64,000 bases of DNA from NCBI GenBank assembly GCA_963674785.1, contig OY771555.1, positions 2,144,001 through 2,208,000 of the forward strand, given 5' to 3'. Shown here one piece after another: positions 18,515-28,163 of the stretch. The translations under genes and the position numbers were made by a program. The DNA is from Caldisericia bacterium. Its GTDB lineage: Bacteria; Caldisericota; Caldisericia; JAAYUI01. The notes under the pieces are model-generated. The model was not told the origin of the DNA. It did no database searches and was given only the letters and a program-made list of their open reading frames with translations. Position 1 is the first letter of the stretch, and each line of letters opens with the position of its first letter.

Positions 18515-18648
18515 AGTTGTTACCTGCTCTTGGAGAGGTAGCGGGTCTCATCTATGACCACATCGGTCAAAAAAAGCACTCCCAAACCTAAATCCTCTCC
18601 TCCCCTTGATACTTTCAGTAGATATTTAAGATTAAATTAATTTAATCT

Positions 18649-19131
18649 TCACTGGTCATTAGTGTCGGGTTGAGTTTCAAGGAAAAACATGATTATCACA
18701 AGAAGAACCGCAGCGACAACAATCCCCATGTCTGCAACGTTGAAGACCGGAAAATCGATAAAATCGACATGAATAAAATCGACAACGAATCCTCTTGTAA
18801 TTCTATCGAGAAGATTACCGACAGCCCCACCCAAAATCATACCAATCGTTACACTCGTCCATTTATCCTTAACGATCTTCGGTATGAAAATAATAATCAG
18901 AACGATGATTAGAACTGCCAATCCAGCAAAAATCATGTTACTGCCCTGTGCAAGCCCCCAAATAGTTCCATAGTTGTGAACTTTCACAGCAGAAACAACA
19001 CCAGGAATCAAAGGAAAACTCTGTCCGAGTTTCAATCCGTGTGAGACAATTATCTTTGACAGTTGATCAAGAAAAAGTACAATTCCACAAGATATTACTA
19101 ACCTCAAAAAAAGATTTTTCGGGATTTTCAT
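18649..19131 (-). CDS. lspA: Lipoprotein signal peptidase II
   Basis: DQLSK, HNYG, GGAVGNLLDR, VVDFI, FNVAD. Confidence 0.96.
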   Translation of the reverse strand: MKIPKNLFLRLVISCGIVLFLDQLSKIIVSHGLKLGQSFPLIPGVVSAVKVHNYGTIWGLAQGSNMIFAGLAVLIIVLIIIFIPKIVKDKWTSVTIGMILGGAVGNLLDRITRGFVVDFIHVDFIDFPVFNVADMGIVVAAVLLVIIMFFLETQPDTNDQ

Positions 19132-19152
19132 ATTATTTAATAATTTGTTCTA

Positions 19153-19665
19153 TTATTCAACAGATTCAGCTTCAGTATCTGAAATAGAAGTGTCTATTGG
19201 GGTTGATGTAGAATCAATATGTTCCTGTGTTTTTTCCTGAAGTGAAGAGTCCATATTATCAAGCAGATTCAAAAAGGTTGAGAGATACGCTCGAAACTCA
19301 CTTTTAAACTCAAGATATGCACCGGATATAGATCTCATCATCTGCTTTGTTTCCGTCAACTGCTGTTCAGCCTTTGACTTCGCATTCAGAACAATCAAGT
19401 CAGCTTCAGCCCGGGCATTGTTTTTTACTTCTTCAGCAGTTTTTTGAGCAAGAGTTAAAGCTTGTTCAAGCTGTCTTCCAGTTGATCTATATCTATCAAC
19501 CTCCTCGGTAAGCCTTTCGACTTTTTCCTGGAGCTCTTTATTATCTCTATAAAGCTGAGAAAAATCCTTTTCAACCTGCATCAGAAATTCCTGAACTTCC
19601 TGCTTGTTGAAACCAGATACACCGCTTTTAAACGTCTTATGTTGTATATCAAGAGGTACTAGCAT
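19153..19665 (-). CDS. divIVA: DivIVA domain protein
   Basis: PLDIQHKTF...GFNKQEVQEFL followed by coiled coil; upstream TTGACA-16-TAGAAT and SD. Confidence 0.9.
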   Translation of the reverse strand: MLVPLDIQHKTFKSGVSGFNKQEVQEFLMQVEKDFSQLYRDNKELQEKVERLTEEVDRYRSTGRQLEQALTLAQKTAEEVKNNARAEADLIVLNAKSKAEQQLTETKQMMRSISGAYLEFKSEFRAYLSTFLNLLDNMDSSLQEKTQEHIDSTSTPIDTSISDTEAESVE

Positions 19666-19733
19666 TTTTTATTTAAACCCCCTTATCCATAATTATTCTA
19701 TACACGTGAGAAATACTGTCAAGTGGCTGATTT

Positions 19734-21053
19734 CTAGATTTTCAGCTTCGGGTCAAGTGCATCTCTTAATCCATCACCCAAGAAATTGAATGCCAGAACA
19801 ACAAGTGCAATCACAATTCCAGGGACAAGCCAAACATGTGGCGAATCAAGAGCATGTTGAAATCCATCGTTGATCATTGAGCCCCAAGAAGGCATAGGTG
19901 GTCTAACACCGATCCCAAGAAACGATAATCCAGCTTCAGACATAATTGCACCAGCAATTCCAAGTGAAACATATACAATTATTGGCGCAAGCATATTTGG
20001 TAAGAGGTGTCTAAGAATTATTCGTTTGTTTTTTGCACCAATTGCCTTTGCAGCCTCAACAAATTCTGATTCCTTAAGAGCAACTACCTCGCCACGAATA
20101 ATCCTTACAATCGGAGGCCATCCAACAAGACCCAGTGCAATAAAAACGTTAAACAAGTCTCGACCAAGAACAGCCATAACGGCAATCGCAAAAAGTAATC
20201 CCGGGAATGCAAACATTATATCAGTAAACCTCGATATAACAGAATCGATCCAGCCACCATAAAAACCTGCCAATGCGCCAAGCGTAATGCCGATAATCAA
20301 TGAGATCAATATTACAACGATACCAACATAAAGAGAAATCCTCGCTCCATGAACTAGTCTTTGGGCAATATCTCGTCCTGCGTTATCAGTCCCAAGAATT
20401 GGTCTTTTCATTGGTCCAGATTCTATTTCAGTTGAGATTAAATCAGATGCTCCTTTTGGGTGAAGTCTCTTGTTTCCAGACTCAACATCAACAACGACAT
20501 ATGCAACACCTAAATCTTCCCACTCGACATCAACGAGCTCACCTGAGACAACTTCTTTAGAGTTCTTTGTATGTTTTCCAAGGGAATCATATCTATACCA
20601 ATGTTCCATCACAAGAACGGATTTTGTTGATCTGAACGTATATAAATCATCAGCTTCACCAATAATCTCATAACCAGGTGGAAGCGACTTACTATTCAAG
20701 GGAACAAATTCAGTTTTTCCATCAGGAAGTTTTATCTCAAGAGCATTTCCAAGTTTTTCGAACAATACATTTTCTGATCTCTTGCCAACAATTTTATAAT
20801 ACGATTCTTCAGAATCAGATACTTCATAGATATATTTTTTAGTTTCAAATTGATCCTTTGATTTTGCAGCATAAACCTGTTTCATTGGAGGAATTAATGT
20901 TGCATCAAGATTCATTGAATATGGATCAGGTGCAATGACGTCTGCAAAAAGAGAAACAATAATCATTAAAAGGATTATAGATAATCCGATAACCGCCAAC
21001 TTATGTCTGAAAAGTCGTCTAAAAACAGTTCTATTGAATTTCTTTTGCGTCAT
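19734..21053 (-). CDS. Peptide ABC permease OppC/DppC type with large extracytoplasmic insertion
   Basis: LGTDNAGRD, GARISL, EFVEAAKAIGA, RHLLPN, LGDGLRDALDP. Confidence 0.92.
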   Translation of the reverse strand: MTQKKFNRTVFRRLFRHKLAVIGLSIILLMIIVSLFADVIAPDPYSMNLDATLIPPMKQVYAAKSKDQFETKKYIYEVSDSEESYYKIVGKRSENVLFEKLGNALEIKLPDGKTEFVPLNSKSLPPGYEIIGEADDLYTFRSTKSVLVMEHWYRYDSLGKHTKNSKEVVSGELVDVEWEDLGVAYVVVDVESGNKRLHPKGASDLISTEIESGPMKRPILGTDNAGRDIAQRLVHGARISLYVGIVVILISLIIGITLGALAGFYGGWIDSVISRFTDIMFAFPGLLFAIAVMAVLGRDLFNVFIALGLVGWPPIVRIIRGEVVALKESEFVEAAKAIGAKNKRIILRHLLPNMLAPIIVYVSLGIAGAIMSEAGLSFLGIGVRPPMPSWGSMINDGFQHALDSPHVWLVPGIVIALVVLAFNFLGDGLRDALDPKLKI

Positions 21054-21989
21054 TTATTTCAACCTCACTCTCGGGTCAATATACGCATAAGAAATATCAA
21101 CGATAAGATTTGTTACAACAAACACGAGTGCCATAAACAAAACAACACCCATCACGACGGGCATATCTCTTTTTTCGATCGCTGTGATCATTGTTGTTCC
21201 AAGTCCAGGCCAACTAAAGACTTTTTCGGTAATAATCGCACCAGCCATAAGAGAGGCAAAGTAGTTACCAATAACGGTCACAATAGGAATCAGGGCATTT
21301 TTAAGGGCATGCTTATAGACGACAACGATCTCCTTGACCCCTTTTGATCTTGCTGTTCTTACATGGTCAGACTTCATTTGTTCAAGAAGGGTTGACCTTG
21401 TCATCCTTGAGATCATGGCGAGAGGAATTGTTCCAAGTGCAATTGTTGGTAGAATCAAATGCTTAAACGATGCCCATCCACCTGGGCCATAACCAACTCC
21501 AGGGATCACCCCCAGATATCTAATAAATACAAGTTGAAGGATAAGACCGAGAACGAAAATGGGCGTTGAAACACCCAGCAAAGCCATGAACATGAAAGCA
21601 TTGTCAGCAAATGAGTATTGCCGAGTAGCAGAAACAATTCCTGCAGGAATACCAAAAAAAACTGCAAATATCATCGCAGATGTCGCAAGTTTAAGTGTCG
21701 CAGGAAACGCCTCTAAGATTCTTTTTGTAACTGGTTCGCTCGTTTCGATAGATTTTCCCAAATCACCTTGAACGGCATTCCAAAGATACTTTCCGTATCT
21801 TACAGGCCATGGCAAATCCATGCCAAGTTCGTGTCTAATTCGTTCCTGGAGTGCAGGGTCAGGATGCTGACCCAATGAAACCCTTACGGGGTCTCCTGGG
21901 ACAACAAGAAACAACATAAATGTGATAAACGTGATACCAATTATTACGGGAATCAACTGGATTACTCTTTTTATTATATACTGGAACAT
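21054..21989 (-). CDS. Peptide ABC permease OppB/DppB type
   Basis: PGDP, GDLGKS, RTARSKG, KHALKNA, YAYIDPRVR. Confidence 0.94.
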   Translation of the reverse strand: MFQYIIKRVIQLIPVIIGITFITFMLFLVVPGDPVRVSLGQHPDPALQERIRHELGMDLPWPVRYGKYLWNAVQGDLGKSIETSEPVTKRILEAFPATLKLATSAMIFAVFFGIPAGIVSATRQYSFADNAFMFMALLGVSTPIFVLGLILQLVFIRYLGVIPGVGYGPGGWASFKHLILPTIALGTIPLAMISRMTRSTLLEQMKSDHVRTARSKGVKEIVVVYKHALKNALIPIVTVIGNYFASLMAGAIITEKVFSWPGLGTTMITAIEKRDMPVVMGVVLFMALVFVVTNLIVDISYAYIDPRVRLK

Positions 21990-21995
21990 AATATG

Positions 21996-22033
21996 AAAAA
22001 AGCAGGAACACAGCTAAAAGCTGCATTCCTGCT
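21996..22033 (-). terminator. Stem-loop plus U-tract between OppA and OppB genes
   Basis: AGCAGGA..CAGCT/AGCTG..TCCTGCT hairpin followed by T6 on - strand. Confidence 0.65.
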
Positions 22034-22057
22034 CAAATTATTTCTTATCCTTCCTTA

Positions 22058-23680
22058 TTAATGGATCTCAACATAGTTATGTGGGAGTGTTCCCATTGCA
22101 GTGATTCGGAATCCTTTTACGTTGCTCTTTAAAAGATACCATTCAGTTCCGAAATTAACCGGCATCCAAACAGCATCATCCATCGCAATCTTTTCAGCCT
22201 GCTTGTAAAGCTCCATTCTTGATTTAAGATCAGTTAACCTCTGGGCATCTCTAACAAATGAGTCGAACTCAGGGTTATTATAGAATGCGGCTCCACCATT
22301 TGGACCAGCATTTGCCGAATCAAGAAGAACCCAAAGGAAGTTATCAGGATCGGGGTAATCAGCAACCCAACCAAGTCTAAACATTGGGAACTCGCCATTG
22401 TCAATCTTGTCAAGATATGTTGCCCATTCAAACTCTTCCAAAACTAGGTTGATACCGAGATTATTCTTGATCTGATTCTGGATAAACTCTGCGACATTTT
22501 TATGTGTCGCAGTTCCCTTATTGTATGCAAATGTTATTGTCTCCGGAAGAACAAGACCCTCTGAGACGGCTTCATCAAGGAGTTTTTTTGCCATCTGTGG
22601 GTCGTATGGGTAAGCATCAGTTGCACTCTCATAATTTGGCATTGCGGTTGGGATGATTCCAGTTGCAAGAGCAAAACGACTATGATAAATCTCATCAATT
22701 ATCTGATTTCTATCAACAGCATAACAGAATGCTTGTCTCAGTTTCAAATTATCAAATGGCTCAGAGTTTGTTCTAAAACCCATATACTGAATACTAAGCA
22801 GCTCAATTTTATCAAGTTCAGAAAAAAGCGTTTCATCATCCTTTATTCTGTCAAAATCAGCATCAGCAACAACATTGTAGTCAATATTTCCAGCTTCATA
22901 TTCCTGCTGTCTTACTGTATCTTCTTTGTGAATATAGTACTCAAGTCGATCGATTCTTGGCTTATCACCCCAATAGTTTTCATTTGGAAGGAGTACAAGC
23001 TTCTGGTTTCGAACCCAATCAGAAAGAATAAATGGACCTGAGCCAACTGGATTATTCTCATACCAGAGTTCGTCATCTTCATCGATTGAAGCAGAGTTGA
23101 TAATCCAGGCTGAGCTATATGTGAGTTTGTGGAGGAAAACCGGTGAAATCTCTTTTATTGTTATTTCAACAGTTTTATCATCAATTACTTTAATTCCTTT
23201 AACTTCAGTTTCAATACTATCCATGAAGTCATCAGAACCAGCAATCTCCTCAAGAATCCACGTTCTTGGAGATTTTGTTTCAGGATCAAGAATTCTTTCG
23301 AAGCTAAGTTTTACATCGTTTGCGGTAACAGGATCACCGTTGTTGAATTTTGCATCTCTGAGGTTGAAGGTGTATACGGTTCCATCCTCAGAAATTTCCC
23401 ATGATTTCGCAAGACATGGCACGATATTCAGATCAACATCGTATGTTACAAGTCCTTCAAAAATCTGCTTTCCGACCTCATGGCTAGTTGTATCGGTTAG
23501 TTGAGCAGGGTCGATTGTTGGAACAGGTTGGGCAAGCGGAAATCTGAAAACACCACCATAAACTATCTCATCCGTTGTTCCACCATTATCAGTTGTATCC
23601 GGTGTTTTTTCGGCACCACATGCCAGAGCTAAACCAGAAACCAACAAAACTACCAGCAACAATGTAAAAAATTTCTTCAT
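22058..23680 (-). CDS. Peptide ABC substrate-binding lipoprotein (family 5)
   Basis: Lipobox ALAC; IFEGLV, LAKSWEISEDG, GSGPF, GWVADYPDPDNF. Confidence 0.94.
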   Translation of the reverse strand: MKKFFTLLLVVLLVSGLALACGAEKTPDTTDNGGTTDEIVYGGVFRFPLAQPVPTIDPAQLTDTTSHEVGKQIFEGLVTYDVDLNIVPCLAKSWEISEDGTVYTFNLRDAKFNNGDPVTANDVKLSFERILDPETKSPRTWILEEIAGSDDFMDSIETEVKGIKVIDDKTVEITIKEISPVFLHKLTYSSAWIINSASIDEDDELWYENNPVGSGPFILSDWVRNQKLVLLPNENYWGDKPRIDRLEYYIHKEDTVRQQEYEAGNIDYNVVADADFDRIKDDETLFSELDKIELLSIQYMGFRTNSEPFDNLKLRQAFCYAVDRNQIIDEIYHSRFALATGIIPTAMPNYESATDAYPYDPQMAKKLLDEAVSEGLVLPETITFAYNKGTATHKNVAEFIQNQIKNNLGINLVLEEFEWATYLDKIDNGEFPMFRLGWVADYPDPDNFLWVLLDSANAGPNGGAAFYNNPEFDSFVRDAQRLTDLKSRMELYKQAEKIAMDDAVWMPVNFGTEWYLLKSNVKGFRITAMGTLPHNYVEIH

Positions 23681-23695
23681 CCTTCCTCCTTATGC

Positions 23696-24679
23696 TTATT
23701 CTTGAATATGTGGGCAAGCAGTCATATGACCACCACCAACATCGATTAATGGATATTCACCTTTATCACACTTAAATGTGTCTTTATTTTTTGCGTAGTA
23801 TTCACATCTTGTATGGAATCTACAACCTGAAGGTGGATTGATTGGGGATGGAATGTCGCCCTCAAGGAGAGCATGGTCTTTACGTTTTTCTGGATCAGGG
23901 ACAGGAATAGCATGAAGGAGAGCTTTTGTATATGGGTGTAGAGGTCTTCTAAATAGCTCATTGCCATCTGCAATTTCTACAATTTTACCAAGATACATAA
24001 CAGCAATTCTATCTGACATATGTCTTACAACAGCAAGGTCGTGTGCAATGAAGAGATATGTAAGTTTTAGCTTTTCCTGAAGCTCTTGCATAAGGTTGAT
24101 GATCTGTGATTGAATCGAAACATCAAGTGCTGAAACAGGTTCATCACATACAATGAACTTTGGATTGAGAATAATTGATCTTGCGATTCCAACTCTTTGT
24201 CTCTGACCACCGGAGAATTCATGAGGATATCTGTGAAGATACTCAGGTCTAAGTCCAACAACTTCCATAAGTTCTTGAACAATTCTTTCTCTTTCTTTCT
24301 TTTCGGCAAGGCCATGAATTACAAGTGGTTCACCAATAATATCACCAACAGGCATTCTTTTATTAAGTGATCCAAACGGATCCTGGAAGATGATCTGCAT
24401 TTCGCGTCTTTGTCTTCTGAGGGTTTCACCTCTCATTTTTGCAACATCTTTTCCGTCAAAAAGGACTTGTCCACCGGTTGGCTCATAAAGCTTGAGGATG
24501 GTTTTTCCGGTTGTTGTTTTTCCAGAACCAGATTCACCAACGAGGGAGAATGTTTCACCTTCATTGATTGTAAAGGTAAGATCATCAACAGCTTTGACGT
24601 TTGCGATTGTTCTTGATAAAAGACCACCGGTAATCGGGAAATATTTTTTAAGACCTGTTACTTTGACCAATTCCTTCAT
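23696..24679 (-). CDS. Peptide ABC ATP-binding protein OppF/DppF
   Basis: GESGSGKTT, FSGGQRQR, DEPVSALD, PPSGCRFHTRC. Confidence 0.95.
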   Translation of the reverse strand: MKELVKVTGLKKYFPITGGLLSRTIANVKAVDDLTFTINEGETFSLVGESGSGKTTTGKTILKLYEPTGGQVLFDGKDVAKMRGETLRRQRREMQIIFQDPFGSLNKRMPVGDIIGEPLVIHGLAEKKERERIVQELMEVVGLRPEYLHRYPHEFSGGQRQRVGIARSIILNPKFIVCDEPVSALDVSIQSQIINLMQELQEKLKLTYLFIAHDLAVVRHMSDRIAVMYLGKIVEIADGNELFRRPLHPYTKALLHAIPVPDPEKRKDHALLEGDIPSPINPPSGCRFHTRCEYYAKNKDTFKCDKGEYPLIDVGGGHMTACPHIQE

Positions 24680-25716
24680 TACTTACCCCCTTCCTTTGTG
24701 ATTGGGAACCAGCAACGAAGTTTCCTTCCGTCTTCCATTGTCTGAAGTGGTGGTTCTTCTTCTCTGCATTTTTGACCAGCATTAAAACATCTTGGATGAA
24801 ATTTACATCCTACGGGAAGGTTATATGGGCTTGGAACCATACCTTCGATTGTTGGAAGTTTTTCATCTTTCTTTTCCTGGTCAACTCTTGGAATTGAGTG
24901 AAGAAGACCCCAAGTATATGGATGCCTTGGGTCTTTAAATATCTGATTTGCAGTCGTATACTCAACAATCTTTCCAGCGTACATAACTGCAATTGTATCA
25001 GCCATTTCGGCAACAACAGCGAGGTTGTGGGTAATCAAAATAATTGACATCCCAAAACGTCTTCTGAGGTCTTTCATGAGTTCAAGAATCTGAGCCTGGA
25101 TTGTAACATCAAGAGCCGTTGTAGCCTCATCCGCAATAAGGATTTCTGGGTTACAAGCCATCGCCATAGCGATCATAACTCTCTGTCTCATTCCACCAGA
25201 CATTTGATGTGGATAGTTTAGAACACGTTTTTCTGGGTCAGGAATACCAACAAGCTTGAGCATCTCTGTTGCTCTTCTCCAAGCTGGAGTATCGAGTCTT
25301 TTGATTCTTGAAAACCAATTTCTCCAAGAATAACCCTTCAAACCCTGATGAAGTGTGAGCGATTCCGCAATCTGATCACCAACCATAAAAACAGGATTAA
25401 GTGAGGTCATTGGTTCCTGGAAAATCATGGAAATATTTGAACCTCTGATCTGTCGAACCTTTCTCATTGGCATCTTTACAAGATCGTCCCCATGATAAAG
25501 TATCTGACCGTTCACAATTTTTCCTGGTGGTTGTGGAATAAGTCTCATAATTGAAAGTGAGGTAACTGATTTACCGCAGCCAGATTCACCAACAATTCCT
25601 AATGTTTCGCCTTTATGAACTGTGAAACTCACATCATCAACAGCAGGAACAACACCATCAGACATATAGAAATATGTCTTCAGATTTTTAACATCAAGTA
25701 TTACTTCTTTTTCCAT
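24679..25716 (-). CDS. Peptide ABC ATP-binding protein OppD/DppD
   Basis: GESGCGKS, MSGGMRQR, DEATTALD, GCKFHPRC; start ATG 25716. Confidence 0.95.
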   Translation of the reverse strand: MEKEVILDVKNLKTYFYMSDGVVPAVDDVSFTVHKGETLGIVGESGCGKSVTSLSIMRLIPQPPGKIVNGQILYHGDDLVKMPMRKVRQIRGSNISMIFQEPMTSLNPVFMVGDQIAESLTLHQGLKGYSWRNWFSRIKRLDTPAWRRATEMLKLVGIPDPEKRVLNYPHQMSGGMRQRVMIAMAMACNPEILIADEATTALDVTIQAQILELMKDLRRRFGMSIILITHNLAVVAEMADTIAVMYAGKIVEYTTANQIFKDPRHPYTWGLLHSIPRVDQEKKDEKLPTIEGMVPSPYNLPVGCKFHPRCFNAGQKCREEEPPLQTMEDGRKLRCWFPITKEGGK

Positions 25717-25726
25717 GTTCACCACC

Positions 25727-27076
25727 TTAAATCTTCTGCCTTGGATCAAGTGCATCTCGGAGTCCATCACCCAAGAAGAAGAAGGAAACAACAACCAAGA
25801 AAATCAAGAAACCTGCAAAAAGTCCAGGCCATGGGTACTCGAGGAAATACACGTTGGCTTCACTGATAAGTGCTCCCCAAGTTGGAGTCGTAATTGGGTT
25901 AACACCAAGGCCAAGGAAGGAAAGACCAGATTCTGAAAGAACTGTTGATCCAACTCTCATCGAAAGCTGAGTAATAACGGGTGCAACAGAGTTTGGAAGA
26001 ACATGCTTGAATATAATTCTCATGTTTCCGGCACCAATAGCTTTTGCAGCTTCAGTGTATTCTTTTGATCTTTCTGCAAGGAACTGTCCTCTGGTCATCC
26101 TTGCATTTCCAGACCATCCAAATACAGAGAATATCATAATAATAACAAAAACAGAGTTTCCTCCAGGTAACGATGCAGTAAGAACCATATAAAGCGGGAG
26201 GGTGGGGATTGTACCCATAAGTTCGATCGTTCTCATAAGAACGGCATCAGCAAATCCGCCAAAATAACCGCCGATTGACCCAAAGAAAATTCCAAGGAAA
26301 CCACAGATAAGGGTAACTGAAAATCCAATTGTCAAAGAGACTCTACCACCATATGCAAGTCTTGGAAGAATATCATGACCAGAATTATCAGTGCCAAGGA
26401 GATGTCTCTTGGCCTCACCACGATCAACTTCCCTTGGTTTTCCTTCGTTTTTACCAGAGGTAATAATCTGATCATCAAGAACATCAAATGGAGGGTTATG
26501 CTCAATAATCTGACCGGTCTGGGTTACAAGTTTTGTATGTGATTTTCCAACAAAAAATTCCTTTAAAACGCGTGGACCATCGGATTCAACTTCGATTGGC
26601 ATTCCACGACTGTCAAAGGCTTTTTCTTTTACAATATCAAGTTCTTCAACATACCCGTAAGACTTTACAGTGTATGAGTAAAAATCTCTATATCTGGGAT
26701 CCTTGAAGGTTTCCATATTGATTGTCGCCGTACCAGTTTCCATATCAATATCAGTAAACCAGAAACCCTCTGGATATTTTTCTGGATCATTCCAGTCAGA
26801 GTCGGTGATAGAAACAGCAATACCCGGGAAAGAACCTGGTTTTGCTTTCATATGTAAACTTGTGTAGTTAAACTGATACCCTGTTGCAGACTCAATTATT
26901 GGGGCAACCATCGTAAACACAAAGAGCATAATAAATATTATGAGACCAGTAACAGCAAGTTTGTGCCTACTGAATCTCTCCCAAATAGCTTTTCCAAGGG
27001 AGTAACTTGAGGCATCTAGGATCTCTTTCTGATTCGGATTATCAATAACTGTGATTTTTTTCTTTTTTGTAGCCAT
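25727..27076 (-). CDS. Peptide ABC permease OppC type (second copy) with large insertion
   Basis: HLLGTDNSGHD, GGRVSL, EYTEAAKAIGA, GDGLRDALDP. Confidence 0.92.
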   Translation of the reverse strand: MATKKKKITVIDNPNQKEILDASSYSLGKAIWERFSRHKLAVTGLIIFIMLFVFTMVAPIIESATGYQFNYTSLHMKAKPGSFPGIAVSITDSDWNDPEKYPEGFWFTDIDMETGTATINMETFKDPRYRDFYSYTVKSYGYVEELDIVKEKAFDSRGMPIEVESDGPRVLKEFFVGKSHTKLVTQTGQIIEHNPPFDVLDDQIITSGKNEGKPREVDRGEAKRHLLGTDNSGHDILPRLAYGGRVSLTIGFSVTLICGFLGIFFGSIGGYFGGFADAVLMRTIELMGTIPTLPLYMVLTASLPGGNSVFVIIMIFSVFGWSGNARMTRGQFLAERSKEYTEAAKAIGAGNMRIIFKHVLPNSVAPVITQLSMRVGSTVLSESGLSFLGLGVNPITTPTWGALISEANVYFLEYPWPGLFAGFLIFLVVVSFFFLGDGLRDALDPRQKI

Positions 27077-27093
27077 CTTTTATACCCCCTTTC

Positions 27094-28062
27094 CTATGAA
27101 TACCTTATTCTTGGATCGACAACAGCATACAGGATATCCTGAAGAAGAAGCGAGATCAGAGTAAGCATTGAGAAGAATGTCAAAACACCCATTGAAACAG
27201 GAATATCACTCTTTAAAACGGCATCAAACATGAGTTTACCCATTCCATTGATATTAAACATTTTTTCAACAATAACTGAGCCACCAAACAGCATTCTCAA
27301 TGTGAAAGCAAAAATTGTAACAATTGGAATTAAAGCATTTCTGAGTGCATGTTTGTAGATAACTCTATTTTCAGCGAGACCTTTTGATCTTGCTGTTCTC
27401 ACATAGTCCTGCCTGATGACCTCGAGCATAGATGTCCTCATGTATCTTGAAAGTGACGCAATAGATCCCAATACACCCATACCCACAGGAAGAATGAGGT
27501 TTCTAGCCTGATCTAAAAACCGCATCACAATATTTAAGGAGTCGTGGTTGTCCCACAAGCTCCACCCAATCGGAAGCCATTTAAGTAGAGCTCCAAATAT
27601 AAGCATCAATATCAAACCAAACCAAAATGTCGGAAGTGATATACCTATATACGAGAAGAAAGTGAGTGTATAGTCCGCTGTGGAGTATTGCCGCCGTGCA
27701 GAGAATATTCCAAGAGGAAGACCAGCGAGAAGTCCAATAATCAAAACGGATGCTTGGATTTTCATCGTAATCGGCAACCGCATAGCAACCAAATCCCACA
27801 CAGGTTTCTTACTGTAAATTGATTTTCCCCAATCCCACTCAAATAAAACTTTGCTGATCCATTTGAAGTATCCGATATACCAAGGGTCATTAAACCCCGA
27901 CCATTCACGCATTCGGTTAATTGCGTCAATATTCCTCGGATTCAGAACCTCCATTTGTTTAAAAGGATCGCCAGGCAATCTCAGCATGAAATAAATGAGC
28001 CCAGTGATCAAAAACAGCATCAGTACAAAAATAATCAATCGTCTTATAATGTAGTTGCCCAC
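27094..28062 (-). CDS. Peptide ABC permease OppB type (second copy)
   Basis: PGDP, QDYVRTARSKG, KHALRNA, YAVVDPRIR. Confidence 0.94.
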   Translation of the reverse strand: MGNYIIRRLIIFVLMLFLITGLIYFMLRLPGDPFKQMEVLNPRNIDAINRMREWSGFNDPWYIGYFKWISKVLFEWDWGKSIYSKKPVWDLVAMRLPITMKIQASVLIIGLLAGLPLGIFSARRQYSTADYTLTFFSYIGISLPTFWFGLILMLIFGALLKWLPIGWSLWDNHDSLNIVMRFLDQARNLILPVGMGVLGSIASLSRYMRTSMLEVIRQDYVRTARSKGLAENRVIYKHALRNALIPIVTIFAFTLRMLFGGSVIVEKMFNINGMGKLMFDAVLKSDIPVSMGVLTFFSMLTLISLLLQDILYAVVDPRIRYS

Positions 28063-28113
28063 ATCCGTTCACCTTTCTGGGTCACAAACAAATGAACCCA
28101 TAACCTTTCACCT

Positions 28114-28150
28114 AAAAAAAGCCCCTGGTATTTTCGAAACCAGGGGCTTT
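28114..28150 (-). terminator. Intrinsic terminator/stabilising hairpin downstream of SBP gene
   Basis: AAAGCCCCTGGT...ACCAGGGGCTTT inverted repeat with T7 on - strand. Confidence 0.8.
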
Positions 28151-28163
28151 ATTTCTTAACCTA

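Noticed and set aside
18520-18610. Resemblance to lysine (AGAGGTAGC), yybP-ykoY (AAGGGGAG...GAGACC on - strand) or preQ1 (hairpin plus A-tract) riboswitches
   Set aside because: The remaining conserved cores are absent and neither strand has a downstream gene to regulate. Kept only as an unclassified sRNA candidate.
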